Part shown: in pieces, positions 9,494-19,470 of the stretch | How positions within the stretch are numbered: the stretch's first letter is position 1 | Layout of the letters: each line of letters begins with the position of its first letter | NCBI GenBank assembly: GCA_044224515.1 | Contig: JBGAKH010000002.1 | Span: forward strand, 355,817 to 419,816 | Direction: 5' to 3' | DNA length: 64,000 nt | Source: Chlorobiota bacterium | Lineage (GTDB): Bacteria > Bacteroidota > Ignavibacteria > Kapaibacteriales > NICIL-2 | Program-made: the position numbers and the translations under genes | The notes under the pieces: model-generated | Seen by the model: only the letters and a program-made list of their open reading frames with translations | Database searches by the model: none | What the model was told of the DNA's origin: nothing

Positions 9494-10342
9494 ATGATTT
9501 CTCGCATCCTACGTACCACCGTAACGCTTGTAGCGTTTCTGAGTTCAGTGCTGCTGACAGCGCAGGATCAAACGATACCTGCCATTGCCGTGCCTGCACA
9601 GATCACGACAACGGCAAAGAGTCAGACCATCGTGAAGGGCGCATCAAACAACGACTACTTCAAACTTGAGCTTGGATTCAGTGCCATGTTTTTGGGTGCT
9701 GATCAAGGTGCAACCAAGTCGATCTTCTTGCCCAAGAACGATACTGCTTATGTAACCGGATCCAGCTTTTTCGGCGCACAATCCGGCTTAAGTGTGCGCG
9801 CCAACTTTGAATTAGGCGCGAACAAACGTATCAACATCCCTGTCGGCATCGACTACACCTTCTTTAGCGGCTCACAGCGTTTGCCCTCAGCTACAATCAT
9901 TCAGCACGGCAATGTCAGCGTGAATGTGTTGACCTTGGTTGCGGGTGGACAGTACCGTCTTGTAGACTTGCCACTTGCCAACGCATTTCTCTACGCCGGA
10001 GCTGAGCTTCGCGAGTCCTATTGTCCCGGACCTCGTTTTATTTATGAAGAGTCAGACACACTCGACCCCAAAGTGAGTCATGTGGTGATGGACTCAACAC
10101 TTAAAAGTGATGTCTTCCGCTTTGGTGGAGCACTGCGCTTTGGCTGTCAAGGGGAACTCAGTGATGCTTTGTGGATCAACGTCAACGTTGCCTACGGAAT
10201 CAACAACCTTCTTGGACGTGATGATCGCAGTAGCGGCCCTGAGCGTCGCGGACAACTTCTTACCCCTTCTCGTGTAAACGAGACAAACGAAGCTTTCTCA
10301 AAGTTCCTGCAGTTTGGTATTTGGCTGCAGTATCGTCTCTAA
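9494..10342 (+). CDS. Secreted hypothetical protein, probably an outer-membrane beta-barrel
   Basis: Signal peptide MISRILRTTVTLVAFLSSVLLTAQDQT. Alternating beta-strand-like pattern, G/aromatic-rich, C-terminus ...FGIWLQYRL. No enzymatic motif. Confidence 0.4.
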   Translation: MISRILRTTVTLVAFLSSVLLTAQDQTIPAIAVPAQITTTAKSQTIVKGASNNDYFKLELGFSAMFLGADQGATKSIFLPKNDTAYVTGSSFFGAQSGLSVRANFELGANKRINIPVGIDYTFFSGSQRLPSATIIQHGNVSVNVLTLVAGGQYRLVDLPLANAFLYAGAELRESYCPGPRFIYEESDTLDPKVSHVVMDSTLKSDVFRFGGALRFGCQGELSDALWINVNVAYGINNLLGRDDRSSGPERRGQLLTPSRVNETNEAFSKFLQFGIWLQYRL

Positions 10343-10344
10343 CC

Positions 10345-11439
10345 ATGTCTGACTTGCTCCCGGTCTATAAACGCGACTGCATCCATTTCCGTGGCGATAT
10401 TCCTTGCGCTCCTCATAAAAGCACAGGTGTCCACTGTGAAGATTGCCTGCATTATCATTCTCAAGTTGGTTCGATCCTCATTATCAAACTTGGTGCAACC
10501 GGAGATGTCATTCGCACGACGCCTTTGCTGCACAAGCTGTTGAGCGAATATCCCAATCATGCCATCCACTGGCTAAGCTACTCTCCGGAAGTAGTTCCTT
10601 CGGTCGTGCACAAAGCGATGCGCTTCAATGCCGAGTCGTTGTTGACCATTGAGGAAACACCCTATGATCTGCTTATCAATCTGGATAAGGATCCGCAAGC
10701 CTGCGCATTGGCGAATCGAGTAAAGGCCGGACGAAAGTTGGGTTTTGTGCTTCGTGATGGCAAACCGGCTCCTGCAAATCCGGAAGCGGAACACAAGTTT
10801 TTGACAGGTTTGTTCGACGACGTCAACCAAGCCAATACAAAATCATATCCTGAAGAGATATTTGAAATCTGCGGGTGGACTTTCAACGGCGAGGAGTACA
10901 TCCTGGATCGTCCGAAGTCAAACCGCTTTATGGATATGCGCAATGGTCGACATGTAGTTGGCCTCAACACAGGCTGCGGTGAACGATGGACGTCACGTCG
11001 CTGGCCTGAAGAATACTGGATTGAGCTCGTGCGCACACTCACGCACAAGGGTTATACCCCCTTACTTCTGGGTGGAAAGCAAGAACATGAGTTCAATACA
11101 CACCTTGCTGCCTCAAGCGGCGCTATGTACTACGGACACTTTCCGATGGATGAGTTCATTGCCTTGATGGACTCATGCGATACGGTAGTTACGACCGTAA
11201 CCCTCGCTATGCACATCGCCATTGCTCTCAGCAAGAATGTGGTACTCATGAACAACATCTTTAACCCCAAAGAGTTTGAGCTGTATGGAAGAGGCCGCAT
11301 CGTGGCACCGGCCAAGGAATGTCACTGCTTCTTCCGAGGCACCTGTACAAACGCCGAGTACTTCTGTATGAACACTTTGAGTCCGTCCATGATTATGGAC
11401 GCCATCTCGACATCGCACGCTCATCATCAGAAAGTCTGA
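10345..11439 (+). CDS. GT9-family glycosyltransferase (LPS heptosyltransferase-like) with Cys-rich N- and C-terminal extensions
   Basis: GT9 hallmark ILIIKLGATGDVIRTTPLL...LLINLDKD...GCGERWTSRRWP. N-terminal CIHFRGDIPCAPHKSTGVHCEDCLHYH and C-terminal CHCFFRGTCTNAEYFC cysteine clusters. The start ATG 10345 overlaps the previous stop. Confidence 0.6.
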   Translation: MSDLLPVYKRDCIHFRGDIPCAPHKSTGVHCEDCLHYHSQVGSILIIKLGATGDVIRTTPLLHKLLSEYPNHAIHWLSYSPEVVPSVVHKAMRFNAESLLTIEETPYDLLINLDKDPQACALANRVKAGRKLGFVLRDGKPAPANPEAEHKFLTGLFDDVNQANTKSYPEEIFEICGWTFNGEEYILDRPKSNRFMDMRNGRHVVGLNTGCGERWTSRRWPEEYWIELVRTLTHKGYTPLLLGGKQEHEFNTHLAASSGAMYYGHFPMDEFIALMDSCDTVVTTVTLAMHIAIALSKNVVLMNNIFNPKEFELYGRGRIVAPAKECHCFFRGTCTNAEYFCMNTLSPSMIMDAISTSHAHHQKV

Positions 11440-11786
11440 AGAGTAAAACACGGAGCACACATCTATAGCTCAAGTGACGTCACGTTTTAAGTAGCTCCTC
11501 CGAAGGCGACGTCGCATGCGCTCATGTATCAAACGAGAGTGTTCTTTGTTATGCTCCGCTTCGCGGAGCCGGGTATTGCTTGCATTCTAAGCATCTAAGA
11601 ACATACTGAGACGAATGCAGCTTCAATCCTGTCGTTCGTACTGTCGGTTGTCAGTCTAGTAGTGCAGAGTCATCACCTGCGGATTTCGGTTCTTGAGCAC
11701 TTCTATTCAATAAACATTTGCTAGCTTGACTTGAAGGATTGTTCAGGGCGGAGAACCAATTGTAACACAACAACGAGGAGTCTACA

Positions 11787-12329
11787 ATGCTACTTGGTTT
11801 ATCATCGGGAGCGTTGGATCAGCGATTCGCAGCGCAGCGAGATTCTCTATGGTGTTGGGCTGCATCGTTACAGATGATTTTTCACCATTATGGTGTTCGA
11901 CTACCTCAAGAGCGTATTGTTAAAGAGGTGTTTGGTTCGACTCCCTGGGGTACGGCACCCAATAAACCGGCGGACTTCTTACACATAAGCAAGGTTTTGA
12001 ACAGGGGCGGAGTCGACAGTGTCGGACGACGTTTCCATGTAAAAAGTATGCTTATGCCGGGTGCTCCCAATACAGAAACGTTGGCTGAGGAGCTGTCTGC
12101 GCAGCGTCCTGTACTACTCAGTTACCAGAGTCGTCCGCGCATGAACCACGCCGTGGTCATCACGGCCATGGAACTAAGTGCACAACAGAATGGATTAGTC
12201 TTCAAGCGTATGGTTGTGAGAGATCCCAACCCCAAAGCGCAAAACCGGGCACTGAAAGGACGTCGAGAAGTGCGTCCGTCGACACTTCTGTCAAAAGCGG
12301 CTGCTCATTGGATCATCCGCGTTTGGTAA
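11787..12329 (+). CDS. Minimal papain-fold (clan CA, C1/C39-like) cysteine peptidase domain protein
   Basis: SLWCWAASLQM resembles the papain active-site CGSCWAFS. NHAVVITAM resembles the papain His motif HAVxxVGY. C-terminal HWIIRVW resembles YWIVKNSW. No signal peptide. Homology judged by eye only. Confidence 0.4.
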   Translation: MLLGLSSGALDQRFAAQRDSLWCWAASLQMIFHHYGVRLPQERIVKEVFGSTPWGTAPNKPADFLHISKVLNRGGVDSVGRRFHVKSMLMPGAPNTETLAEELSAQRPVLLSYQSRPRMNHAVVITAMELSAQQNGLVFKRMVVRDPNPKAQNRALKGRREVRPSTLLSKAAAHWIIRVW

Positions 12330-12592
12330 GTCAATCGAAACAAATGATTTAGAATTAGAAGAGAGAGGCTCTCGCGAGAGGATATTCTGCCGGGCAGATC
12401 ACAACATTCTCCGTGGAGCTACGTCATTCACTACATGAAGCTGTGGACAAAATTTAATCCACGCTCTTCTCGGAGATCATCTATCAGCGACGATCATTAA
12501 CTATTTTTGTCATCTCAACAGGGTCGAACGTGCAGGATAGTAATAGCTGTCTGAATTCGCACCCACGATATTCCAAAGCATTCGGAGAAACT

Positions 12593-12928
12593 ATGCAAGC
12601 TACTCAGCCTATTCACGTTACAGACGATTCATTCAAGACCGACGTCTTGGATTCCACCGAACCCGTACTCATCGATTTTTGGGCTGCATGGTGTGGTCCT
12701 TGTCGTATGATTGCACCGATCATGGACGAATTAGCCACTGAACTTGAGGGCAAGGTGAAAATCGCGAAGGTAGACGTGGACAACAATCCTCAAGTCTCAT
12801 TGGAATACGGCATTCGTTCGATTCCTGCCTTGTTGCTTTTTCACGGTGGCAAGGTTGTGGACAACATCGTAGGCTTGGTACCCAAGAACTACATTCTTGA
12901 GCGTTTGGAACCCTACATGAACAAGTAA
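12593..12928 (+). CDS. trxA: Thioredoxin
   Basis: WAAWCGPCRM active site, about 110 aa, thioredoxin fold pattern. ATG at 12593. Confidence 0.85.
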   Translation: MQATQPIHVTDDSFKTDVLDSTEPVLIDFWAAWCGPCRMIAPIMDELATELEGKVKIAKVDVDNNPQVSLEYGIRSIPALLLFHGGKVVDNIVGLVPKNYILERLEPYMNK

Positions 12929-12968
12929 AACGTGCCGGTGTCAATCATAAAGAGTACAGCACCAATGA

Positions 12969-13004
12969 AAAGGACCGCGAGCACTAGCTTCCGGTCCTTT
13001 TTTC
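12969..13004 (+). terminator. Rho-independent terminator after trxA
   Basis: Stem AAAGGACCG / CGGTCCTTT (9 bp) with a 14-nt loop, followed by TTTT. Confidence 0.6.
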
Positions 13005-13124
13005 GTTGTCTGTCTCCGTACTTTTGTAGCGCACGAATGCTTCATTCATAGAAGCAAGGCAGCCAAGAGGGCGCGCGCAGCGCGACCATAGTTCTTCATC
13101 TCTTTCATCTCTCGCAAGACTAAC

Positions 13125-13460
13125 GTGGCACGTCCTACACTTCTCACGACAGAACAGATTGAAGAACTACTGCGCGAGCATGCATTGTGGAGAAGCACGG
13201 ATGCGAGCATTCACCCTCAGTCGATCGTGCGTGAACTGCATGCGGTGGACTGGATGTCTGCTTTGGCATTGGTAAACGCCATAGCCATCGCGGCCGATAC
13301 CATGGATCATCATCCTGACATCTTCTTATACGGATGGAACAAGATTCGTGTCAGTATCAGCACACATGATCAAGGAGGATTGACACTCCTTGATTTTGCA
13401 TTGGCAACGAAAGTGGACGAATTGGCATTGCAGTCTGAGAACGCCCATAAGAACGACTAA
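13125..13460 (+). CDS. Pterin-4a-carbinolamine dehydratase (PCD/DCoH)
   Basis: EQIEELL...HALW...HHPDIFLYGWNKIRVSISTHD is the PCD signature. 111 aa. GTG start. Confidence 0.7.
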   Translation: MARPTLLTTEQIEELLREHALWRSTDASIHPQSIVRELHAVDWMSALALVNAIAIAADTMDHHPDIFLYGWNKIRVSISTHDQGGLTLLDFALATKVDELALQSENAHKND

Positions 13461-13524
13461 CAAGAACACGGGCTCGTGGTACAAGCACGAGCAGTATAAA
13501 ACAGCATCTTCTCACCAATCTTGA

Positions 13525-14808
<1,284 letters not shown>

Positions 14809-14840
14809 ACTTCCTACAAGCATTCAGTTTCCATAAGAAG

Positions 14841-14878
14841 AATCCCGTGTAGGCCCAAGCCCTGCTCGGGATTTTTTG
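14841..14878 (+). terminator. Putative terminator after eno
   Basis: AATCCCG...CGGGATT stem with a 19-nt loop, followed by TTTTTT. Confidence 0.4.
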
Positions 14879-15009
14879 TTGTTCGAGAATTCGGCTGAAG
14901 ATGTCTTCATTCTACAGTATCTTGAGTAGAACGTAGTGAGCTGCAAAGTGTACGGGCCAGGTACCTGCGGCTAATTCATGGTTTGTATCATTCTTAAAAG
15001 GGGTTTAGC

Positions 15010-15522
15010 ATGAAGCGATTTTTTATGCTTTCACTGGTCGTGTTGTTGACTCTTGCTTATACGAGTGCACGGGCAAGCGGACCAATCGATCAGGGTTCGT
15101 GGATCATCGATGGTAATGTCGGTTTGAACGCAAGTTTATCGGGTGGTGGCGGTACTACCATCTACCTCCAGCCATCTGCTATGATGTTTATCCAACAACG
15201 ATTGGCGTTGGGTGGGGACTTCATCCTGAATGCAGGGGGCGGTACTACAACATTTGGTCTGGTGCCTACGGTCGCCTACTTTTTTGGTGATACACGTGGC
15301 AAAGGATTCCCATTTATTCGAGGTGGACTCGGTTTCTCCAGTACAAGCAATGGCTCCGGTACAAGCTTTACTTCGGTTGACATCATGTTCGGAGGAGGTT
15401 ATGCACTGCTTATCAGCAAAGAAGTCTTCTTGAATTTCTCCGGTACCATGAATATCTACACGGCTGACGCCAGTGGTACGATTCTTAACCTCAATGGCGG
15501 CGTTGGTGTCTTCTTGTACTAA
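15010..15522 (+). CDS. Small outer-membrane beta-barrel (OmpW/porin-like) protein, Gly-rich
   Basis: Signal peptide MKRFFMLSLVVLLTLAYTSARA. Eight or so amphipathic strands, Gly/Thr-rich loops, C-terminal ...GVFLY aromatic end. Confidence 0.5.
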   Translation: MKRFFMLSLVVLLTLAYTSARASGPIDQGSWIIDGNVGLNASLSGGGGTTIYLQPSAMMFIQQRLALGGDFILNAGGGTTTFGLVPTVAYFFGDTRGKGFPFIRGGLGFSSTSNGSGTSFTSVDIMFGGGYALLISKEVFLNFSGTMNIYTADASGTILNLNGGVGVFLY

Positions 15523-15594
15523 ACATGTCGCAACAGGATAACCCTGTCCCTGTCGACACGCTCCACTGCACCGTCGTTCATCTATCCAGAAAAA

Positions 15595-15638
15595 CAAACC
15601 CTGCAACCAAATCAAGTTGGTTGCAGGGTTTCATTTTT
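15595..15638. terminator. Bidirectional Rho-independent terminator between convergent genes
   Basis: Perfect 15-bp stem AAACCCTGCAACCAA / TTGGTTGCAGGGTTT with a 6-nt loop. T-run on the plus side, A-run on the minus side. Confidence 0.8.
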
Positions 15639-15662
15639 TGTGATGATAGAGAAGCCAAGTGT

Positions 15663-16430
15663 TCAGTCGTCCGACACGTCTGACCGCAGTGCACTGTCCC
15701 TGAACGGGGAGTTGATTTCGTGAATCTTCATTGCTTTAAACGCCAGAGCCACTGCGATACTTAGCACCGCAATCGCGCCGAAGGCAATAAGGCCCGGTCG
15801 ATCCAAGAAGATGAAAAAGTCATACAGTCCGTGGGCTACTACGGCAGACATCAAAGCAGTAAACATCAGAGCGGTACGATCGCGGGCAAACTTTGCCAAT
15901 CCCATGAAGTAGCCCATGAACACGGCGTTGGCTGCGTGCGCGGGAACAGCGGTGAACATGCGACGAAGAGCGATGTTCACGGGATCACCGATACGATTAT
16001 CGAAGACGTAGAGTAAGTTTTCCAAGGTCGCAAAGCCCATTGCAATCATCACCGAGTAAGTGATACCGTCGAATGGTTCATTGAAGTCTCGTTTATTCCA
16101 CGCGAGATAGCGTAGCACCATATACTTCGAGAGTTCTTCGCTCAGAGCAACCACAAAGAAGGCATGAACAAAAATCGTAAAGACATTAAGGGACTTCTGA
16201 AATCCGAGACGTTCGATGCCTAATTGGATGGCAACAGGAGGCACAATTGAGACCATGCCAGCAATGAAGCAGGCTGCAAGTAAAGCGTGAGGCTCGCGCT
16301 CGTGACGGTCACGACGATACACAAGGTATGCAATGAGGATGCCCGGAAGAACACTCAAAGCAACTTGGGCGAAAATGTCCCAAAACGAGTTGTTCCAGAA
16401 TAGGTCTTCAATCATCACGGGCAATGCCAC
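15663..16430 (-). CDS. prsW: PrsW-family intramembrane metalloprotease
   Basis: Multi-TM protein with the EExxK (LSEELSKY), FATLENLLY and HGLYDF motifs of PrsW/M82. An alternative start is the ATG at 16415. Confidence 0.7.
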   Translation of the reverse strand: MALPVMIEDLFWNNSFWDIFAQVALSVLPGILIAYLVYRRDRHEREPHALLAACFIAGMVSIVPPVAIQLGIERLGFQKSLNVFTIFVHAFFVVALSEELSKYMVLRYLAWNKRDFNEPFDGITYSVMIAMGFATLENLLYVFDNRIGDPVNIALRRMFTAVPAHAANAVFMGYFMGLAKFARDRTALMFTALMSAVVAHGLYDFFIFLDRPGLIAFGAIAVLSIAVALAFKAMKIHEINSPFRDSALRSDVSDD

Positions 16431-16436
16431 AGCATG

Positions 16437-17543
16437 CTATGCTCTGGCCACTCCATCGGTTGGACGTACGACTTGACTGACTTCCTGCACAATGTCGTCT
16501 GCCGTGTTTTTGGCACTTTCAGCCAAAGCTTCGGCACGTGATGCAAGAACTTCCGCTGATTCCTCCAATTTGTGTTTAGCGTGTGCGGCTACTTCTTCTG
16601 CAGAGTGCAATGCTGCATTGGCGAGTTCACCTGCACTATGAGCAACGTCATGCACTGTTTCTTGCATGCTCTTTGATACAGCAACCATACCTTCTGCAAA
16701 ACGCTGCTGCATTTTCTCTTTGGGAATACGTACCACATTCGTGGCAAGGTGAAGCTTTTCTAAGATGCGGATCACGTAGGCGCTGACATCGATCTGCCAC
16801 CACTTCATACCATGAAAAGCGCTGGTAGGAAAAGCATGGTGATTGTTATGCCAACCCTCACCCATTGCCAAGATGCCAATGATCATACTGTTGCGACTTT
16901 GATCTGTGGTGTTGAACATGCGTCCACCAAAAACGTGACACCATGAGTTCACGCACCATGTCACATGCGAGGTCAAGAATATGCGCACGAGTCCGCCCCA
17001 GAGGAGTCCCTCCCAGCCACTCACAGCAAAGGGTATGGCTAAACCAAGTATTGTCCACAGATGAAATGTCTTATCAAAAAACAGTGCCATGCGATCGTTC
17101 TCAAAGCGCTTTCCGAAACGGGAACGAATGGCATTCACATCTTCAAAACTCATGTCCATCATCCACTCGAAATGCGCATGAATGAAACCCAGCACTGTCG
17201 GACTATGTGGATCGCCTTCTTCATCCGAGTAAGCATGGTGCTTGATGTGTACAGAGGCCCAGGAAATTGCGGGACCTTGTAGGGCCATGGATGCACCTGC
17301 CAAGAACAATGCACGAATAGCCGGATGTGGTACAAAACTGCGGTGTACCAACATGCGATGATAGCCAACCGTCACGCAGAGTTGGATAAGTGCCGCATAG
17401 ACAAGCGCGAAAAGCACAGGAAACTGTGCTGAATGTCCGTTTAGAAGCTCCCAGATTGCAAAGGCAGTACCCAGAGCCGGGACAATGACAAGGAAACCGA
17501 CGTATAAATAACTAATATGCAGTCTTTGGCGTGTGGAACCCAT
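16437..17543 (-). CDS. Membrane fatty-acid (acyl-lipid/acyl-CoA delta-9 type) desaturase with about 100-aa helical C-terminal extension
   Basis: Three His boxes HRMLVHRSF, HIKHHAYSDEEGDPHSP, HNNHHAFP. The C-terminal tail (AEEVAAHAKHKLEESAEVLASRAEALAESAKNTADDIVQEV) is amphipathic and apolipoprotein/LEA-like. Confidence 0.8.
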   Translation of the reverse strand: MGSTRQRLHISYLYVGFLVIVPALGTAFAIWELLNGHSAQFPVLFALVYAALIQLCVTVGYHRMLVHRSFVPHPAIRALFLAGASMALQGPAISWASVHIKHHAYSDEEGDPHSPTVLGFIHAHFEWMMDMSFEDVNAIRSRFGKRFENDRMALFFDKTFHLWTILGLAIPFAVSGWEGLLWGGLVRIFLTSHVTWCVNSWCHVFGGRMFNTTDQSRNSMIIGILAMGEGWHNNHHAFPTSAFHGMKWWQIDVSAYVIRILEKLHLATNVVRIPKEKMQQRFAEGMVAVSKSMQETVHDVAHSAGELANAALHSAEEVAAHAKHKLEESAEVLASRAEALAESAKNTADDIVQEVSQVVRPTDGVARA

Positions 17544-17668
17544 TCAGCGTAAATTGGTGCGATAGTGTATAATCCAAGCGATCAGCCACAAAGATACACA
17601 AAAGCCGCACGGTGTATGGGGCGGCAGATCTTCCTTAACAAGCCCCTGTTGAAGGGTGTACAGAGACC

Positions 17669-19330
17669 ATGAACAATAAAAACGAACTCGTTGAAATCCT
17701 CGAAGAAATGGCCGTATTGATGGAATTGGGCGACATGAACGCCTTTAAAACCAAAGCCATTCAAAACGGCGCTCGCGTGCTTGACAAAGCGTCCATCAGC
17801 TTGGAAGACGCTGCGGCAGATGCCACCCGGGCCACCCAGGCGGGACTCGGTAAAGGCATCCAGGAAATACTCCGCGAGTTTGTGAGTACAGGTGCTGTGG
17901 CGGAACACCAACGTTTGAAAACCCTCATTCCGGAAGGGGTGTTTTCATTGACCAAGCTCCGTGGTGTTGGAGCAAAGAAAGCAAAGGCTTTGCATGAGCA
18001 CTTAGGCATCAATAGTATTGGTGAACTTGAGCAAGCCTGTCGCGAAAACCGCTTACTTGAGCTCAAGAGCTTTGGCGCCAAAACGCAAGCCGCTGTCTTA
18101 GTCGCCATTGAAACGTGGAATTCAGCCCAAGGACGTCTACTCCTTCATCGCGCCACCGCGATGGCCGAGGAGCTGCGTCAAGAGTGTTTGCACCATGGCG
18201 CCGTTCGAGTTGAGCGGAGTGGAGAATTAGCTCGCTGGTGCGAAGTCATCAACGAAATCTGTTTGGTATGTCAGTCATCGGATTCGGCAACACTCTGTGC
18301 GCACTTTGGCGTAGCGGCAGATACACAAGAGATCAATGTCCTTCGCGACGGAATGCGTGTGCGAATCATCGTGTGTGGCGAGGATACCTTTGAGCGAGAG
18401 CTATTCAGATCGAGCTGTGCAGCAGACTTCCTGCGCGCATTCGAGCAAGAGTTCAGTGTTCCCGGCGGACTCGACCGTGCGGGCATATTTGCGCACAACA
18501 AATTGAGCGTCGTATCGCCTGAGTTATGCGAAGATCCTTCGATTCTGCAGCGTGCAGCCGAACACGATCTGCCGGAACTCGTCGAAAACCGTCACATGAA
18601 GGGAATGCTCCACATCCACACACACTGGAGCGATGGCGTCCATTCCTTACGAGAAATGGCACTGGAGGCTAAAGACTTGGGCTTCGAGTACATTGCGGTA
18701 TGCGACCATTCAAAGACAGCTTTTTATGCAAACGGACTCAGCGTTGACCGCGTCTTGATGCAGCATGAAGAGATTGACAAGCTTAATGCGGAGAACCTCG
18801 GTATTCGCATTCTCAAAGGTATCGAAAGTGATATCCTGAGCGATGGATCCTTGGATTATGAAGAAGACATCCTGCAGCGTTTTGATATGGTTGTGGCCTC
18901 AGTGCACTCAGCCTTCAGCCTGGCGAAAGAGGTTCAGACCCAGCGCATTATCAATGCCATTCGAAGTCCGTACACGACGATTGTTGGACATCCTACCGGT
19001 CGACTTCTGCTTTCACGTAAGGGTTATGAGTTGAACATCGAGGCGATACTCGAGGCTGCTGCCGATACCGGAACCGTAATCGAACTCAATGCCAACCCGC
19101 ATCGTTTGGACCTGGATTGGCGCTTTCATCAGCGAGCGGTGGACTTAGGAGTAAAGATTGCCATCAATCCGGACTCTCATCAATGTGCAGCACTGAAGGA
19201 AGTGTTTATCGGCGTTGGTGTCGCCCGCAAGGGCATGTTGCGTCCAAGCGACGTCCTCAATACGCTGTCCCTCAGTGAATTTCAGAACTTCTGCGCGGAT
19301 CTGCGCGTCCGCAAATCCTCTATGAACTAA
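17669..19330 (+). CDS. polX: Bacterial family X DNA polymerase (PolX) with C-terminal PHP phosphoesterase domain
   Basis: N-terminal HhH/Pol-beta-like region (GVGAKKAKALHEHLGINSIGEL). The C-terminal PHP domain has His/Asp clusters (HIHTHWSDG, CDHS, HSAFS, GHPTGR, NPDSHQ). Confidence 0.8.
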   Translation: MNNKNELVEILEEMAVLMELGDMNAFKTKAIQNGARVLDKASISLEDAAADATRATQAGLGKGIQEILREFVSTGAVAEHQRLKTLIPEGVFSLTKLRGVGAKKAKALHEHLGINSIGELEQACRENRLLELKSFGAKTQAAVLVAIETWNSAQGRLLLHRATAMAEELRQECLHHGAVRVERSGELARWCEVINEICLVCQSSDSATLCAHFGVAADTQEINVLRDGMRVRIIVCGEDTFERELFRSSCAADFLRAFEQEFSVPGGLDRAGIFAHNKLSVVSPELCEDPSILQRAAEHDLPELVENRHMKGMLHIHTHWSDGVHSLREMALEAKDLGFEYIAVCDHSKTAFYANGLSVDRVLMQHEEIDKLNAENLGIRILKGIESDILSDGSLDYEEDILQRFDMVVASVHSAFSLAKEVQTQRIINAIRSPYTTIVGHPTGRLLLSRKGYELNIEAILEAAADTGTVIELNANPHRLDLDWRFHQRAVDLGVKIAINPDSHQCAALKEVFIGVGVARKGMLRPSDVLNTLSLSEFQNFCADLRVRKSSMN

Positions 19331-19470
19331 TGGTGCCGGCTGAACGTCGCAGCTAGCGGACACCGCGTCGGTTGTATTTTTGCTGCTTGTCTTCGCTGCT
19401 AAGTCGCGAAGAGGGGAGCCGAACCACTCCTGCGCTAAACCGTTCGAACATCACCTGTAGGTCTCTATTT

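Noticed and set aside
10455-10480. tRNA-like T-arm motif GGTTCGATCC inside the GT9 gene
   Set aside because: No acceptor, D or anticodon arms can be built around it. It lies within a well-supported coding frame, so it is coincidental.
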